A DNA stretch of 64,000 bases from Cyanobacteriota bacterium (GTDB lineage: Bacteria > Cyanobacteriota > Cyanobacteriia > Cyanobacteriales > Nostocaceae). Positions 1-9,986 of the stretch are shown piece by piece. The notes below the pieces were generated by a model, which was given only the letters and a program-made list of their open reading frames with translations, was not told the DNA's origin and made no database searches. Position 1 is the stretch's first letter, and every line of letters starts with the position of its first letter. The stretch covers positions 87,681 to 151,680 of the forward strand of contig JBJOKS010000011.1 in the NCBI GenBank assembly GCA_046045965.1, given 5' to 3'. Position numbers and translations under genes: made by a program.

Positions 1-1329
1 AATACAACGCAGATAGGCGATATCATACATCCCTTGGTGAGTTGGACCATCAGCACCCACAATACCTGCCCGATCTAAACAGAAGAAGACAGGCAGATTT
101 TGAATGCAGACATCATGGATAATTTGGTCATAGCCACGTTGTAGGAAAGTGGAATAAATAGCAGCGACGGGACGCATACCTTCACAAGCTAAACCCGCAG
201 CCACAGTTACAGCGTGTTGTTCAGCAATACCCACATCAATATATTGATGAGGTAATTTAGCTTGGAGTTTATCCAAACCTGTACCTGTGGCCATAGCTGC
301 GGTAATACCGACAATTTTCGGGTTTTGTTCAGCCAGTTTCACCAAGGTGTGAGAAAAGACTTTGGCGTAGGCAGGAGGTTTAGGTTTAGTGGAAGGAATA
401 GCCTTACCAGTGGTGACATTAAAGGGGTTTTGGGCATGATAGCCTACTTGGTCTTTTTCTGCCATTTCATAGCCTTTACCCTTGACGGTGGCTACGTGAA
501 CCAGCACTGGACCAGTAATTTGATGTGCTTGTTGGAAGGTGGCAATAAGTTCTTCTAAATTATGGCCATCAACTGGACCCATGTAGGTAAAACCCAGTTC
601 TTCAAAAACTGCACCGACTTTGGGAACTGCTAAACGTTTCATTCCTTCTTTGATGCGGTCCAGTTCTGGGGAAATAGATTCACCAACGAAAGGAATATGT
701 TTTAGCTGTTCCTCAATACCATCTGAGAGAAACTGCACCGGGGGACTGAGGCGCATTTTATTGAGATAGCGAGGAATAGCACCGACGTTGGGAGAGATGG
801 ACATCTCGTTGTCATTGAGAACCACCAGCAGGTTAGTTTTGGGTAGGTGGCCAGCGTGGTTGATAGCTTCTAAGGCCATACCTCCAGTTAAAGCACCATC
901 ACCAATGACAGCAACAGCTTTGAATTTTTCCCCTTTTAAGTCACGGGCTAAGGCCATACCTAAAGCTGCGGAAATACTTGTAGAAGCGTGTCCTGCTCCA
1001 AAGTGGTCAAATTTGTTTTCACAGCGTTTGAGATAACCGGCAACTCCGTCTTTTTGTCTGAGGGTGTGGAAGTCGTGGTAACGTCCTGTGATTAGTTTGT
1101 GGGGATAAGCTTGGTGTCCTACATCCCAAATTACTTTATCCCGGTCTAAGTCTAATGTTTGGTAAAGTCCCAGGGTTAATTCAACAACTCCCAAACCAGG
1201 ACCCAAATGCCCCCCAGTTGCGGCCACGGTTTGCAGGTGCTTATCTCGAATTTGTCGGGCAATTTGTTGTAACTGCCGAATAGACAAACCGTGCAACTGG
1301 TTAGGATGGGTGATTTCACTCAGATGCAT
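1..1329 (-). CDS. dxs: 1-deoxy-D-xylulose-5-phosphate synthase (3' end runs off the window)
   Basis: Not in the ORF track because it is truncated. Minus strand from ATG at 1329 reads [16 protein letters not shown]...[14 protein letters not shown]...[11 protein letters not shown], with later GDGA and DRAG motifs typical of DXS. Confidence 0.96.
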   Translation of the reverse strand, partial: MHLSEITHPNQLHGLSIRQLQQIARQIRDKHLQTVAATGGHLGPGLGVVELTLGLYQTLDLDRDKVIWDVGHQAYPHKLITGRYHDFHTLRQKDGVAGYLKRCENKFDHFGAGHASTSISAALGMALARDLKGEKFKAVAVIGDGALTGGMALEAINHAGHLPKTNLLVVLNDNEMSISPNVGAIPRYLNKMRLSPPVQFLSDGIEEQLKHIPFVGESISPELDRIKEGMKRLAVPKVGAVFEELGFTYMGPVDGHNLEELIATFQQAHQITGPVLVHVATVKGKGYEMAEKDQVGYHAQNPFNVTTGKAIPSTKPKPPAYAKVFSHTLVKLAEQNPKIVGITAAMATGTGLDKLQAKLPHQYIDVGIAEQHAVTVAAGLACEGMRPVAAIYSTFLQRGYDQIIHDVCIQNLPVFFCLDRAGIVGADGPTHQGMYDIAYLRCI

Positions 1330-1439
1330 ATTATAAGGTTTTCCTCTCTAACTCTACTTTTTGGCATTATTTGATTTTCCCACTTCCGGTGGCTACAAAA
1401 ATCTAACTGTGATTAATGTTGTTTTATCACTATAACTTT

Positions 1440-1473
1440 GACTGGGGACTGGGGACTGGGGACTGGGAACAGG
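1440..1473. repeat. Heptamer STRR array (ACTGGGG)n
   Basis: About 4 tandem 7-mers between dxs and the SLH gene. Confidence 0.85.
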
Positions 1474-1499
1474 TAAATAATTTTCTCCCCATCTCCACG

Positions 1500-2189
1500 T
1501 TAAAATTGCAGAATAGTGGGAACTATAGGTGTTTCTGCCTGTTTCTGTTGACGTTGTAAATATCTACTTAGCAAATAAGCCAGATCACCACGGGTCATGG
1601 GGCTTAATGGGTTAATATTACCGTTAGTATCTGTGTTGATAAATCCTTCACTGATGACTGTAGCGATCGCTCTTCTTGCCCAACTAGGTATAGATGCTGC
1701 ATCTGGGTAGGGTGTTAAAATTTCTTTGACGGTTTGATCAGGAAACTGAAACACTCCATAACCTTGGGCAAAAATCGCTAAACCTTCTGCCCTAGTCACT
1801 TTTTGATTGGGGAAAAACATATTCCCCCGATAACCTTTCATAATATCGGTTTTTAGCACTGTCTGAATATCCTGATATGCCCAATGATAGTTAGGTACAT
1901 CTGGTACAGTTATGGTTTTTTCTTGTTTAGCTGCTTGTCGTTTATCTAAATAAAAGGCTTTCACTAAAATTGATGCTAATTCTGCTCTACTAATTAACTT
2001 TTCTGGATAAAATTTTCCATCGGGTAAGTTATCCATCAATTTTGCTTCCAGCACTTTTTGGATATGATCTGAATCTGAATTATTAACAGATATCTGTTCT
2101 GTGATTGTTTCCTGGGCAATTACTGGGTAGGCTTGTAGCAAGGTTACTAAAGTCAATGTACCTAGTATTTTTTTCATATCTATACTCAT
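1500..2189 (-). CDS. S-layer homology (SLH) domain protein, secreted
   Basis: Signal peptide plus three SLH-like motifs (FYPEKLISRAE, FPNQKVTRAE, NPLSPMTRGD). Confidence 0.88.
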   Translation of the reverse strand: MSIDMKKILGTLTLVTLLQAYPVIAQETITEQISVNNSDSDHIQKVLEAKLMDNLPDGKFYPEKLISRAELASILVKAFYLDKRQAAKQEKTITVPDVPNYHWAYQDIQTVLKTDIMKGYRGNMFFPNQKVTRAEGLAIFAQGYGVFQFPDQTVKEILTPYPDAASIPSWARRAIATVISEGFINTDTNGNINPLSPMTRGDLAYLLSRYLQRQQKQAETPIVPTILQF

Positions 2190-2405
2190 TTTCAGACTGT
2201 GCTGGTTGTTCGGTTGTAGTGACGCTGGTTTAATTATTAAAGTTGCTGATTTTTGAGATCATTAATTATTAGGATTTTTTGCAGGTATAATTGAGACTTT
2301 TTTATATTTAATCTCTTCATAATTACTAATTACCCATTACCAATTTTGTAGTATAGTCTGCTGTGAGAGAGTATTCCATTTTGTGAAATTTTCAGGAGTT
2401 TAGGA

Positions 2406-3116
2406 ATGTCCGTAGCAGCAGACCCCGTGAAGTTGATGAAGCAAGAAGTTGGCAAAGCCGCCGCCGCCCTGGTAAAATCAGGTTCTATTGTCGGGTTGGG
2501 TACGGGGTCAACTACAGCTTACACCATTCAGTTTTTGGGCGATCGCCTCAAGTCTGGTGAACTTAAAGATATTGTCGGTGTCCCCACTTCGTTTCAGTCG
2601 GAAGTGTTAGCAAAACAATACGGCGTTCCTCTCACCACTTTAGACGCTATTGATCATATTGACATCGCTATTGATGGTGCTGATGAAGTTGATCCCCAAA
2701 AAAATTTGATTAAAGGTGGTGGTGCAGCACATACCCGCGAAAAAGTGGTAGATTACCTGGCAAAGCAATTTATCGTTGTGGTTGATGGTGGTAAGTTAGT
2801 AGACCGTTTGGGTTCTAGTTTTGCTGTTCCAGTGGAAGTAATTCCTATGGCTATCACTCCCGTCATCAATGCTATCAAAAAACTCGGTGGTCAACCTGAA
2901 CTGCGGATGGGTGTGAAAAAAGCAGGACCCGTGATCACTGACCAAGGTAACATGGTGTTAGATGTCAGATTTGATCATATTGACGACCCTGTAAATTTAG
3001 AAAAAACACTGAATAATATTCCTGGTGTTTTGGAAAATGGCATCTTTGTTAACTGTGTTGATCTGGTTTTGATTGGTGAAGTTATTGATGGTAAACCCTC
3101 TGTCCGTCAAATGTAG
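2406..3116 (+). CDS. rpiA: Ribose-5-phosphate isomerase A
   Basis: GLGTGST, DGADEVD and [11 protein letters not shown] motifs. Confidence 0.97.
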   Translation: MSVAADPVKLMKQEVGKAAAALVKSGSIVGLGTGSTTAYTIQFLGDRLKSGELKDIVGVPTSFQSEVLAKQYGVPLTTLDAIDHIDIAIDGADEVDPQKNLIKGGGAAHTREKVVDYLAKQFIVVVDGGKLVDRLGSSFAVPVEVIPMAITPVINAIKKLGGQPELRMGVKKAGPVITDQGNMVLDVRFDHIDDPVNLEKTLNNIPGVLENGIFVNCVDLVLIGEVIDGKPSVRQM

Positions 3117-3127
3117 GTAAAATAAAA

Positions 3128-3150
3128 AGGGTGGGTATTTCCCACCTAAA
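3128..3150 (+). terminator. Hairpin after rpiA
   Basis: GGTGGG-tattt-CCCACC stem-loop just after the stop codon. Confidence 0.5.
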
Positions 3151-3182
3151 AAAATTAAAAATTAAAAATTAAAAATCTGAAT

Positions 3183-4367
3183 ATGATGTTATACAGAAGA
3201 TTTGGACGTACAGAACTACAAATGCCTGTGTTTTCCTGCGGGGGAATGCGTTATCAATTTAAATGGCAGGATGTTCCACTAGAAGAAATTCCTACCGAAA
3301 AACAGGAAAATTTAGAAGCTGTTATTTGTCGTGCATTTGAGTTAGGTATTAATCATATTGAAACTGCTAGATTTTATGGTACTTCGGAAATGCAGTTAGG
3401 CATAATATTACCTAAGTTACCACGGGAAAAGTTAATAGTTCAAACAAAAGTTCCTCCTTGTGCAGATGCTAAGGAATTTAGAATAAATTTTGAAAAATCT
3501 TTATCATATCTTCAATTAGAGTATGTTGATTTATTAGGTTTACATGGTATTAATAATGCGGAATCTTTAGATTACAGTATTGGTAATGGCGGTTGTTTAG
3601 AGGTAGCAAAACAATTACAAGGAGAGGGAAAAGTCAGATTTATTGGGTTTTCTACCCATGCACCTTTAGAAATAATTTTACAGGCAATTAATACCAATCA
3701 ATTCGATTATTTTAACCTCCACTGGTATTATATCAATCAATGGAATTGGTCAGCAATTGAAGCTGCTAATAAATTAGATATGGGTGTGTTTATTATCAGT
3801 CCATCTAATAAAGGAGGTTTGTTATATCAACCTTCTGATAAATTAGTTAATCTCTGTCAACCATTGAGTCCGATGGTGTTTAATGATTTGTTTTGTCTGA
3901 GTCATCCCCAAGTCCATACTTTGAGTATTGGTGCTGCAAAAACAAGTGATTTTGATGAACATTTAAAAACTTTAGAATTATTAAATCAGGCTGATGAAAT
4001 CTTACCACCAATTATTGCCAGGTTAGAAAATGCAGCCATAGAAACTTTAGGTGAAGATTGGGTAAAATCATGGGATCGCAATTTACCGACTTGGGAAGAA
4101 ACACCAGGACAGATAAATATTAAAGTAGTTTTATGGTTATTGAATTTAGCTTTAGCTTATGACATGGTGGAATATGGAAAAATGCGTTACAATTTATTAG
4201 GTAATGGTAATCATTGGTTTCCTGGTAATCAAGCAGATAAATTAGATGAATTAAATTTGAGAGAATGTCTTATTAATAGTCCTCATGCTAATAAAATACC
4301 ACAAATGTTAGCCAAAGCTAATGCAATGTTAAAGGCTGAAGATGTGAAACGGTTATCTCAAAGTTAA
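3183..4367 (+). CDS. Aldo/keto reductase family protein
   Basis: YRRFGRTEL N-terminus; INHIETARFYG, YVDLLGLHG and GKVRFIGFSTH motifs. Confidence 0.9.
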   Translation: MMLYRRFGRTELQMPVFSCGGMRYQFKWQDVPLEEIPTEKQENLEAVICRAFELGINHIETARFYGTSEMQLGIILPKLPREKLIVQTKVPPCADAKEFRINFEKSLSYLQLEYVDLLGLHGINNAESLDYSIGNGGCLEVAKQLQGEGKVRFIGFSTHAPLEIILQAINTNQFDYFNLHWYYINQWNWSAIEAANKLDMGVFIISPSNKGGLLYQPSDKLVNLCQPLSPMVFNDLFCLSHPQVHTLSIGAAKTSDFDEHLKTLELLNQADEILPPIIARLENAAIETLGEDWVKSWDRNLPTWEETPGQINIKVVLWLLNLALAYDMVEYGKMRYNLLGNGNHWFPGNQADKLDELNLRECLINSPHANKIPQMLAKANAMLKAEDVKRLSQS

Positions 4368-4378
4368 GCAAAGAAACT

Positions 4379-6475
4379 GTGAAAACACTAATTATTGATA
4401 ATTATGATTCTTACACATTTAATTTATATCAAATAATTGCGGAAGTAAATGGAGAAATTCCCATTGTTATCCGTAATGATGAAATTGACTGGGAAAAATT
4501 GACTAAGATTGAATTTGATAATGTGGTCATTTCTCCAGGACCAGGTAGACCAGAAAACATAGAAGATTTTGGTATTTGTAGTCATGTTTTAAAAAATATC
4601 AATGTTCCTGTTTTGGGTGTGTGTTTAGGACATCAAGGTTTAGGTTATATTTATGGTGGTAAAATTATTCATGCTTCAGAAATTAAACATGGTCGTTTAA
4701 GTGAAGTTTATCACAATAATTGTGAATTATTTCAAGGTTTACCAAAATCCTTCTTTGCTGTTTGTTATAATTCCTTAGTTGTTGCTGATGACATACCCGA
4801 ATGTTTAGAAAAAATTGCTTGGACTCCAGAAGGTGTTGTCATGGGTTTACGTCATCGCAATTTACCTTTTTGGGGTGTACAGTTCCATCCTGAATCAATT
4901 TGTACTGAATATGGTAAACAGGTTTTTAAAAACTTTAGAAATATAACTGCCAAATTTTATAAATATCAAATTCCCGAAAATATAGACAAGAAAAAAATAG
5001 TTCTACAAACAAAACATCAAAATTATCAACCTCAAAAATATCAAGTTTGTAGTAAAAAATTAGCTATATATCCTGATGCAGAAAATGTATTTATCCAGCT
5101 TTTTGGTGAAAGTGTAAATACCTTTTGGTTAGACAGTAGTAGATATGAACCTGGGTTATCTCGCTTTTCATTTATGGGAGATAATAGCGGTGTTCATAGT
5201 TTATTAGTTGAGTATCGAACTGAAAATCAAGAAATTAAAATTACTCAAGGTGGTAAAATTACAATTCATCAAGAAAGTATCTTTGATTATTTGCAGCGAG
5301 AAATTAAAAATAGATATTGTGTAAATGATGATTTACCCTTTGATTTTAACTGTGGTTTTGTAGGTTATTTTGGATATGAATTAAAAGCAGAATGTGGTGG
5401 AAATTTAGTTCATACTTCTAATTTACCCGATGCTGTATTTATCTTAGCAGATAGAATTATAGCTTTTGATCATCAGGAAAAAGTTACTTATTTATTATGT
5501 TTGACTACAGGAGAAGAAACCGCAACAGCATGGTTTTTAGAGATAGAGACGAAAATACAAAACTTATCTCCTAGTTTACCAGTTATTAAATCAGCAAATC
5601 AACAAAATATCATCTTCCATTTACAACAGTCACATCAAAGTTATCTGGATGATATTCAAACATCTTTAAAAGCAATATATGAAGGTGAAACTTATCAAGT
5701 TTGTTTAACTAATAAATTATATACGGATACAACACCAGAACCTTTAGAATTTTATCGCATATTAAGGAAAATAAACCCCGCACCTTATTCAGCTTTTTTG
5801 AAGTTGGAAAATTTTACTATTGCTTGTTCTTCCCCAGAAAGATTTTTAAGCATAAATTCTCAAGGTTGGGTAGAAACAAAACCCATTAAAGGAACATTAC
5901 CCAGGGGAAAAACACCCCAAGAGGATGAACTTTTAAAAGAAAATTTACGCAACAGTGAAAAAGACCGTTCTGAAAATTTAATGATAGTTGATTTATTGCG
6001 TAATGACTTAGGGAGAGTTTGTCAAATTGGTAGCGTTCATGTCCTCAAATTAATGGATGTAGAAACCTATAGTACAGTACATCAATTAGTGACAACAATT
6101 AGGGGTTTATTAAGCCCAAAAATGGATGCTATTGACTGTATTAAAATGGCTTTTCCTGGTGGTTCAATGACAGGTGCGCCGAAAATTAGAACTATGCAAA
6201 TTATAGACCGATTAGAACCAAAAGCAAGAGGTATTTATTCAGGTGCAATTGGTTTTTTATCGTTGAATGGTGCAGCAGATTTAAATATAGTAATTCGTAC
6301 TGCTATTTTAACACCGGAACAAACTTCTATTGGGGTAGGAGGGGGAATTGTTACTTTATCAAACCCCGAAGCTGAACTTTCAGAAATGCTGCTAAAAGCA
6401 GAAGCTTTAATTAATGCTTTGGTAATTACTGTGAATGGGGAATTTGATGTTGAGAAATTAAAAATTAAAAGTTAA
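4379..6475 (+). CDS. pabB: Aminodeoxychorismate synthase, fused PabA (GATase) + PabB
   Basis: IDNYDSYTFN, SPGPG, GVCLGHQ and QFHPES in the GATase half; SSPERF, PIKGT, ENLMIVDLLRND and PGGSMTGAPK in the chorismate-binding half. Confidence 0.9.
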   Translation: MKTLIIDNYDSYTFNLYQIIAEVNGEIPIVIRNDEIDWEKLTKIEFDNVVISPGPGRPENIEDFGICSHVLKNINVPVLGVCLGHQGLGYIYGGKIIHASEIKHGRLSEVYHNNCELFQGLPKSFFAVCYNSLVVADDIPECLEKIAWTPEGVVMGLRHRNLPFWGVQFHPESICTEYGKQVFKNFRNITAKFYKYQIPENIDKKKIVLQTKHQNYQPQKYQVCSKKLAIYPDAENVFIQLFGESVNTFWLDSSRYEPGLSRFSFMGDNSGVHSLLVEYRTENQEIKITQGGKITIHQESIFDYLQREIKNRYCVNDDLPFDFNCGFVGYFGYELKAECGGNLVHTSNLPDAVFILADRIIAFDHQEKVTYLLCLTTGEETATAWFLEIETKIQNLSPSLPVIKSANQQNIIFHLQQSHQSYLDDIQTSLKAIYEGETYQVCLTNKLYTDTTPEPLEFYRILRKINPAPYSAFLKLENFTIACSSPERFLSINSQGWVETKPIKGTLPRGKTPQEDELLKENLRNSEKDRSENLMIVDLLRNDLGRVCQIGSVHVLKLMDVETYSTVHQLVTTIRGLLSPKMDAIDCIKMAFPGGSMTGAPKIRTMQIIDRLEPKARGIYSGAIGFLSLNGAADLNIVIRTAILTPEQTSIGVGGGIVTLSNPEAELSEMLLKAEALINALVITVNGEFDVEKLKIKS

Positions 6476-6556
6476 AAGTTAAAAGTTAAAAGTTATTTAT
6501 AACTCTCGATTAATTTAGATTTATACTTTCTTGCTGGATATCTACAAATAAAAAAT

Positions 6557-6592
6557 TGACCTGGTTGGTAAAGCTGCATTTTCACCAGGTCA
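6557..6592. terminator. Probable bidirectional terminator hairpin
   Basis: TGACCTGGT...ACCAGGTCA inverted repeat between convergent genes. Confidence 0.6.
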
Positions 6593-6629
6593 GTATTTAA
6601 GATTTTGATGTTAAAAGCAGTCTTTCAAA

Positions 6630-7271
6630 TTATGCTTTTACAAGTTTGCGACGACGAGCTACAGTCATACCAGCAGCTGCTAAACCTAAGCCTAACATTG
6701 TCGTGGGTTCGGGAACAGCCCTTACAGCGTCTAAAGATATGGTATAGCTTTGAGTGCCACGAGAGTTACTCATAGAAATACCACCGGTTGCAATAGTCTG
6801 ACCATTAAATTGCCATACACCAGTTGCATCAAAACCAACGAAATTGGTTCCAATAGAAACGGAACTTGGTTCATTTAAATCAAAGGTTAAGAATCCTACC
6901 TCACCATTCAGTGTTCTTTGACCAAAATCTAGGAAAGATACAAGAGGATCAACGGATGGGGAAAAACCTGTTGAAGTCAAATATAAGTCCAGAATGTTAA
7001 TGTAGTTTGGAGAAGCTACAGGTAGTGTTGCATCTGGACCTGTTCCTGTAAAATCAAAAATGAAATTAGAGAAATCACCCGTTGTCTCTATATCGTCAAT
7101 GTCTCTGAAATCTAATTTTGTAACACCACCATTATCAGAACGTACAACATTACCGTTGATGGTTAAAGAACCGCTCAAAGAAGCCGCTTGAGCAGAACCA
7201 GCAAAAGATACAACAGCAGCAACTGGTAGTACAGCAGCGATACCTAAAAGTTGAGATTTGAAGTTAAACAT
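6630..7271 (-). CDS. PEP-CTERM sorting domain protein
   Basis: Signal peptide ending AQAA; C-terminal VPEPTT + hydrophobic helix + RRRK. Confidence 0.93.
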   Translation of the reverse strand: MFNFKSQLLGIAAVLPVAAVVSFAGSAQAASLSGSLTINGNVVRSDNGGVTKLDFRDIDDIETTGDFSNFIFDFTGTGPDATLPVASPNYINILDLYLTSTGFSPSVDPLVSFLDFGQRTLNGEVGFLTFDLNEPSSVSIGTNFVGFDATGVWQFNGQTIATGGISMSNSRGTQSYTISLDAVRAVPEPTTMLGLGLAAAGMTVARRRKLVKA

Positions 7272-7328
7272 TGTAGTCCTTAGCTCCGGTTAAAAAAATT
7301 GCGAAATAATAATTACGTGATTTGTCTG

Positions 7329-7432
7329 ACAGCAATCCTATAAGTTGTGTAGCAATTCAGGAAATAAGCGATCATACCCAAGTGGAAGTCTTTATTGTGT
7401 TTTAGTTTAAAAACTAAACTTAGGATTGCTGT
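7329..7432. mobile_element. MITE-like element (family B, ends AGCAATCCTA / TAGGATTGCT)
   Basis: ACAGCAATCCTA at 7329 and TAGGATTGCTGT ending 7432, non-coding interior; related ends at 42193-42328. Confidence 0.6.
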
Positions 7433-7809
7433 GTTAACACGGTCAGGATACTGTAGCAGTTTGGGGGAGTTCCTTGTGTGTTCCCTACAGTCGAATAATT
7501 ACATAGTCCGTCGGTTATTGGCAATATCTACTGAAGCATCTTGATAAAATCTTCATCAAGTATTTGGTTGTGTTTTTTGCATCTGCAAATCTTGTAAAGC
7601 GCAATTTTACAGGAATAGCCTTATATCAAGGTAGTTTGACGAACTAGAGTATTTGTATCATCTCTAGGCTAAAAATTCACAAAACGCTTATTTTATAAAG
7701 ACTTCATCAACTTTAATTTTTATTTTCGCCAAAACGCAACAGTATTTATGCTTATATAAAGTTATGATGAAGAAATTGCTATTATTAAGATAACTTAACA
7801 GTAATATTA

Positions 7810-8328
7810 CTAACCACCATAGACCTGTGGCCATGTAGTCCACAGGAAAACTACTACCGCACCAACAGCGAGAATACCCTGAAGTAAATTCCCTACCAGC
7901 GTTCCTACAGTGATTCCTATTCCCGCTTTCACCGCTTTACCTAAATCTCGCTGATACAGAAACTCACCAATAATTGCCCCTAAAAGTGGACCAATTAACA
8001 TTCCTAACAATGGACCACCAAAGGGTAAAGCTGGTAATAACCCGAAAAATCCCAGGAATAAACCGACAAATGCGCCAATTTGTCCCCATTTACTCGCACC
8101 GGCTTGTTTTGCTCCCACGTAACCGGCTAAAAAATCTACTGCCATACTCAGAAGTAGAACAATACCTGTAACAATGAGGGGTATTTTAATTGCTGCAAAG
8201 GAACTACTAACGATTCCCCAAATAATAATGGCAATTAAAATTAGGCTACTTCCAGGGATGGCTGGAACTACAGATCCAATCACACCTACGAGCATGAGAG
8301 ATATTAATAACCAGTAAAGAATTTGCAT
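7810..8328 (-). CDS. DUF456 family membrane protein
   Basis: Hydrophobic; VPAIPG, GAKQAGASKWG and GPLLGAIIGE motifs. Confidence 0.85.
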   Translation of the reverse strand: MQILYWLLISLMLVGVIGSVVPAIPGSSLILIAIIIWGIVSSSFAAIKIPLIVTGIVLLLSMAVDFLAGYVGAKQAGASKWGQIGAFVGLFLGFFGLLPALPFGGPLLGMLIGPLLGAIIGEFLYQRDLGKAVKAGIGITVGTLVGNLLQGILAVGAVVVFLWTTWPQVYGG

Positions 8329-8474
8329 AATTATTGTCTGAATCAGGATGTCCAGGATTAAAGGATGAACAGGATGAAAACAGGGATTTTATCACCAATT
8401 ACCAATTCCCCATTACCAATCACCAGTTCCCAGAATGTCTATAATATCTTTATCTTCAGAAATGCTCAACAGCC

Positions 8475-9122
8475 ATGATCCAAACCTTATCTAAAGTTAT
8501 CACCTTTGAGGAATTTGTCGCTTGGCTACCTGAAAATTCCGGGGTACGTTATGAATTACATAATGGAAATATTATTGAAATGGCACAACCCACGGGAGAT
8601 CACGAAGAAGTTAAAAGTTTTCTAGGGGTAGAAATTCCCTTTGAAATCAAACGTCTGGGATTACCTTATGGTATTCCTAACCAAGTGATAGTTAGACCTG
8701 ATGGTAAAGATTCTGGTTATTTCCCAGATTTGTTGGTTTTAAATCGTGAAAATTTAGTTAACGAAAAATTATGGAAAAAAGAATCTATTCTCAGTCAAGG
8801 TGCATCTATACCTTTAGTGATTGAAATTGTATCAACTAACTGGCGTGATGATTACTACTTAAAATATGCTGATTATGAAGAAATGGGGATTCCTGAATAT
8901 TGGATTGTAGATTATGCAGCTTTGGGTGGACGTAATTTTATTGGTAATCCTAAACAACCGACTATTTCTGTTTGTAATTTGGTTGATGGAGAATATCAAA
9001 TCAGTAAGTTTCGAGATAGTGATCGCATTATCTCCCAAACTTTTCCTGAAATCAATCTCACTGCCAATCAGATTTTTCAAGCTGGTGTAAGTAAGTCGGT
9101 GGAAAAAAACCGAAGTATGTAA
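8475..9122 (+). CDS. Uma2 family (PD-(D/E)xK) endonuclease; C-terminal tail supplied by a MITE
   Basis: RYELHNG, PDLLV, LVIEIVS and GIPEYWIVD motifs. Confidence 0.92.
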   Translation: MIQTLSKVITFEEFVAWLPENSGVRYELHNGNIIEMAQPTGDHEEVKSFLGVEIPFEIKRLGLPYGIPNQVIVRPDGKDSGYFPDLLVLNRENLVNEKLWKKESILSQGASIPLVIEIVSTNWRDDYYLKYADYEEMGIPEYWIVDYAALGGRNFIGNPKQPTISVCNLVDGEYQISKFRDSDRIISQTFPEINLTANQIFQAGVSKSVEKNRSM

Positions 9123-9217
9123 CAAAAAGTAAATTCACCAAAACCCTCTTCTCTGTTCCCCGTTCCCTGTTCCCTGTTCCCTTGTCATAACGACAATTTT
9201 TAACGCCTACCTACTTA
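9088..9217. mobile_element. MITE family A copy 1 (~130 bp, TA target duplication)
   Basis: Ends TA|AGTAAGTCGG ... CCTACCTACT|TA; homologous to 25946-26076 and 44240-44368. Confidence 0.82.
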
Positions 9218-9250
9218 GTATAGTTTTAAATTCCAGCACATCATCACCAA

Positions 9251-9892
9251 TTACCCATTACCAAGGGTTACAGCTAATTTATCAGCAATACCAGCAATCC
9301 AGTTTTCATCTTGTTTTGTATAACTACGTGGTGCATTTGCTCCTAAAATCAAAACACCTTCTTTACCAATTGGTTGACAAATTACCCCTTGTGTGTTTTC
9401 TGGTAAATAATCAAATTCAATTTTGCCGGGATACACATACAAAGCAACTAAATAAACTGCTTTTTGTGTTTCCAAGACTCTTTTTAATATCGCTCCTGGT
9501 GTAACTTCCGATTTAGAAGCCAGAATACCGCGACGTAACAAAACTTTACCTTGGTAATAAACTATGAGCGATCGCGTGACCGTATTAGTTAATAATAAAC
9601 GTGATGCCCAAGCTAATTCTGTTTTCACGGTTTCTGGTAAATCTGGATCTAAGACAAAACCTTCTTCTCCGATGAGTTCTACTGTATCAGGGGTTTTTGG
9701 TTGTACTTGCTGCCAAATTAAACCTGTTAAAATTAACACCGCACTCAAAATAACTCCCAGCACATCCCCCCGTGCTTGAGAATTTGTCAGTTCCGGTGTT
9801 AACAACCGATTCATTAACAAAAGTACAGCACCCAAACCCCCAACTACCAGGGGTAAACGCCTTAAAACTCGATTAGGATCAGATTTAGTCAT
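9251..9892 (-). CDS. Cofactor assembly of complex C subunit B (CCB2/CCB4-like)
   Basis: Two N-terminal TM helices; ELAWASRLLLTNT and LPENTQGVICQP motifs typical of this family. Confidence 0.82.
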   Translation of the reverse strand: MTKSDPNRVLRRLPLVVGGLGAVLLLMNRLLTPELTNSQARGDVLGVILSAVLILTGLIWQQVQPKTPDTVELIGEEGFVLDPDLPETVKTELAWASRLLLTNTVTRSLIVYYQGKVLLRRGILASKSEVTPGAILKRVLETQKAVYLVALYVYPGKIEFDYLPENTQGVICQPIGKEGVLILGANAPRSYTKQDENWIAGIADKLAVTLGNG

Positions 9893-9893
9893 A

Positions 9894-9984
9894 GGTAATG
9901 GGTAATTGGGTTATTGGGTTATTGGGTTATTGGGTTATTAAATTCCCCCTGCTCCCCTGCTCCTCTGCTCCCCTGCTCCCTGCT
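9894..9984. repeat. Paired short tandem arrays (GGGTTAT-type 7/8-mers, then CCCCTGCT-type)
   Basis: Tandem short repeats fill the gap between rpaB and the CCB gene. Confidence 0.8.
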
Positions 9985-9986
9985 TC

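Noticed and set aside
262..1036. Plus-strand ORFs of 98 and 82 aa
   Set aside because: Antisense shadows of dxs, which the ORF track missed because it is truncated.
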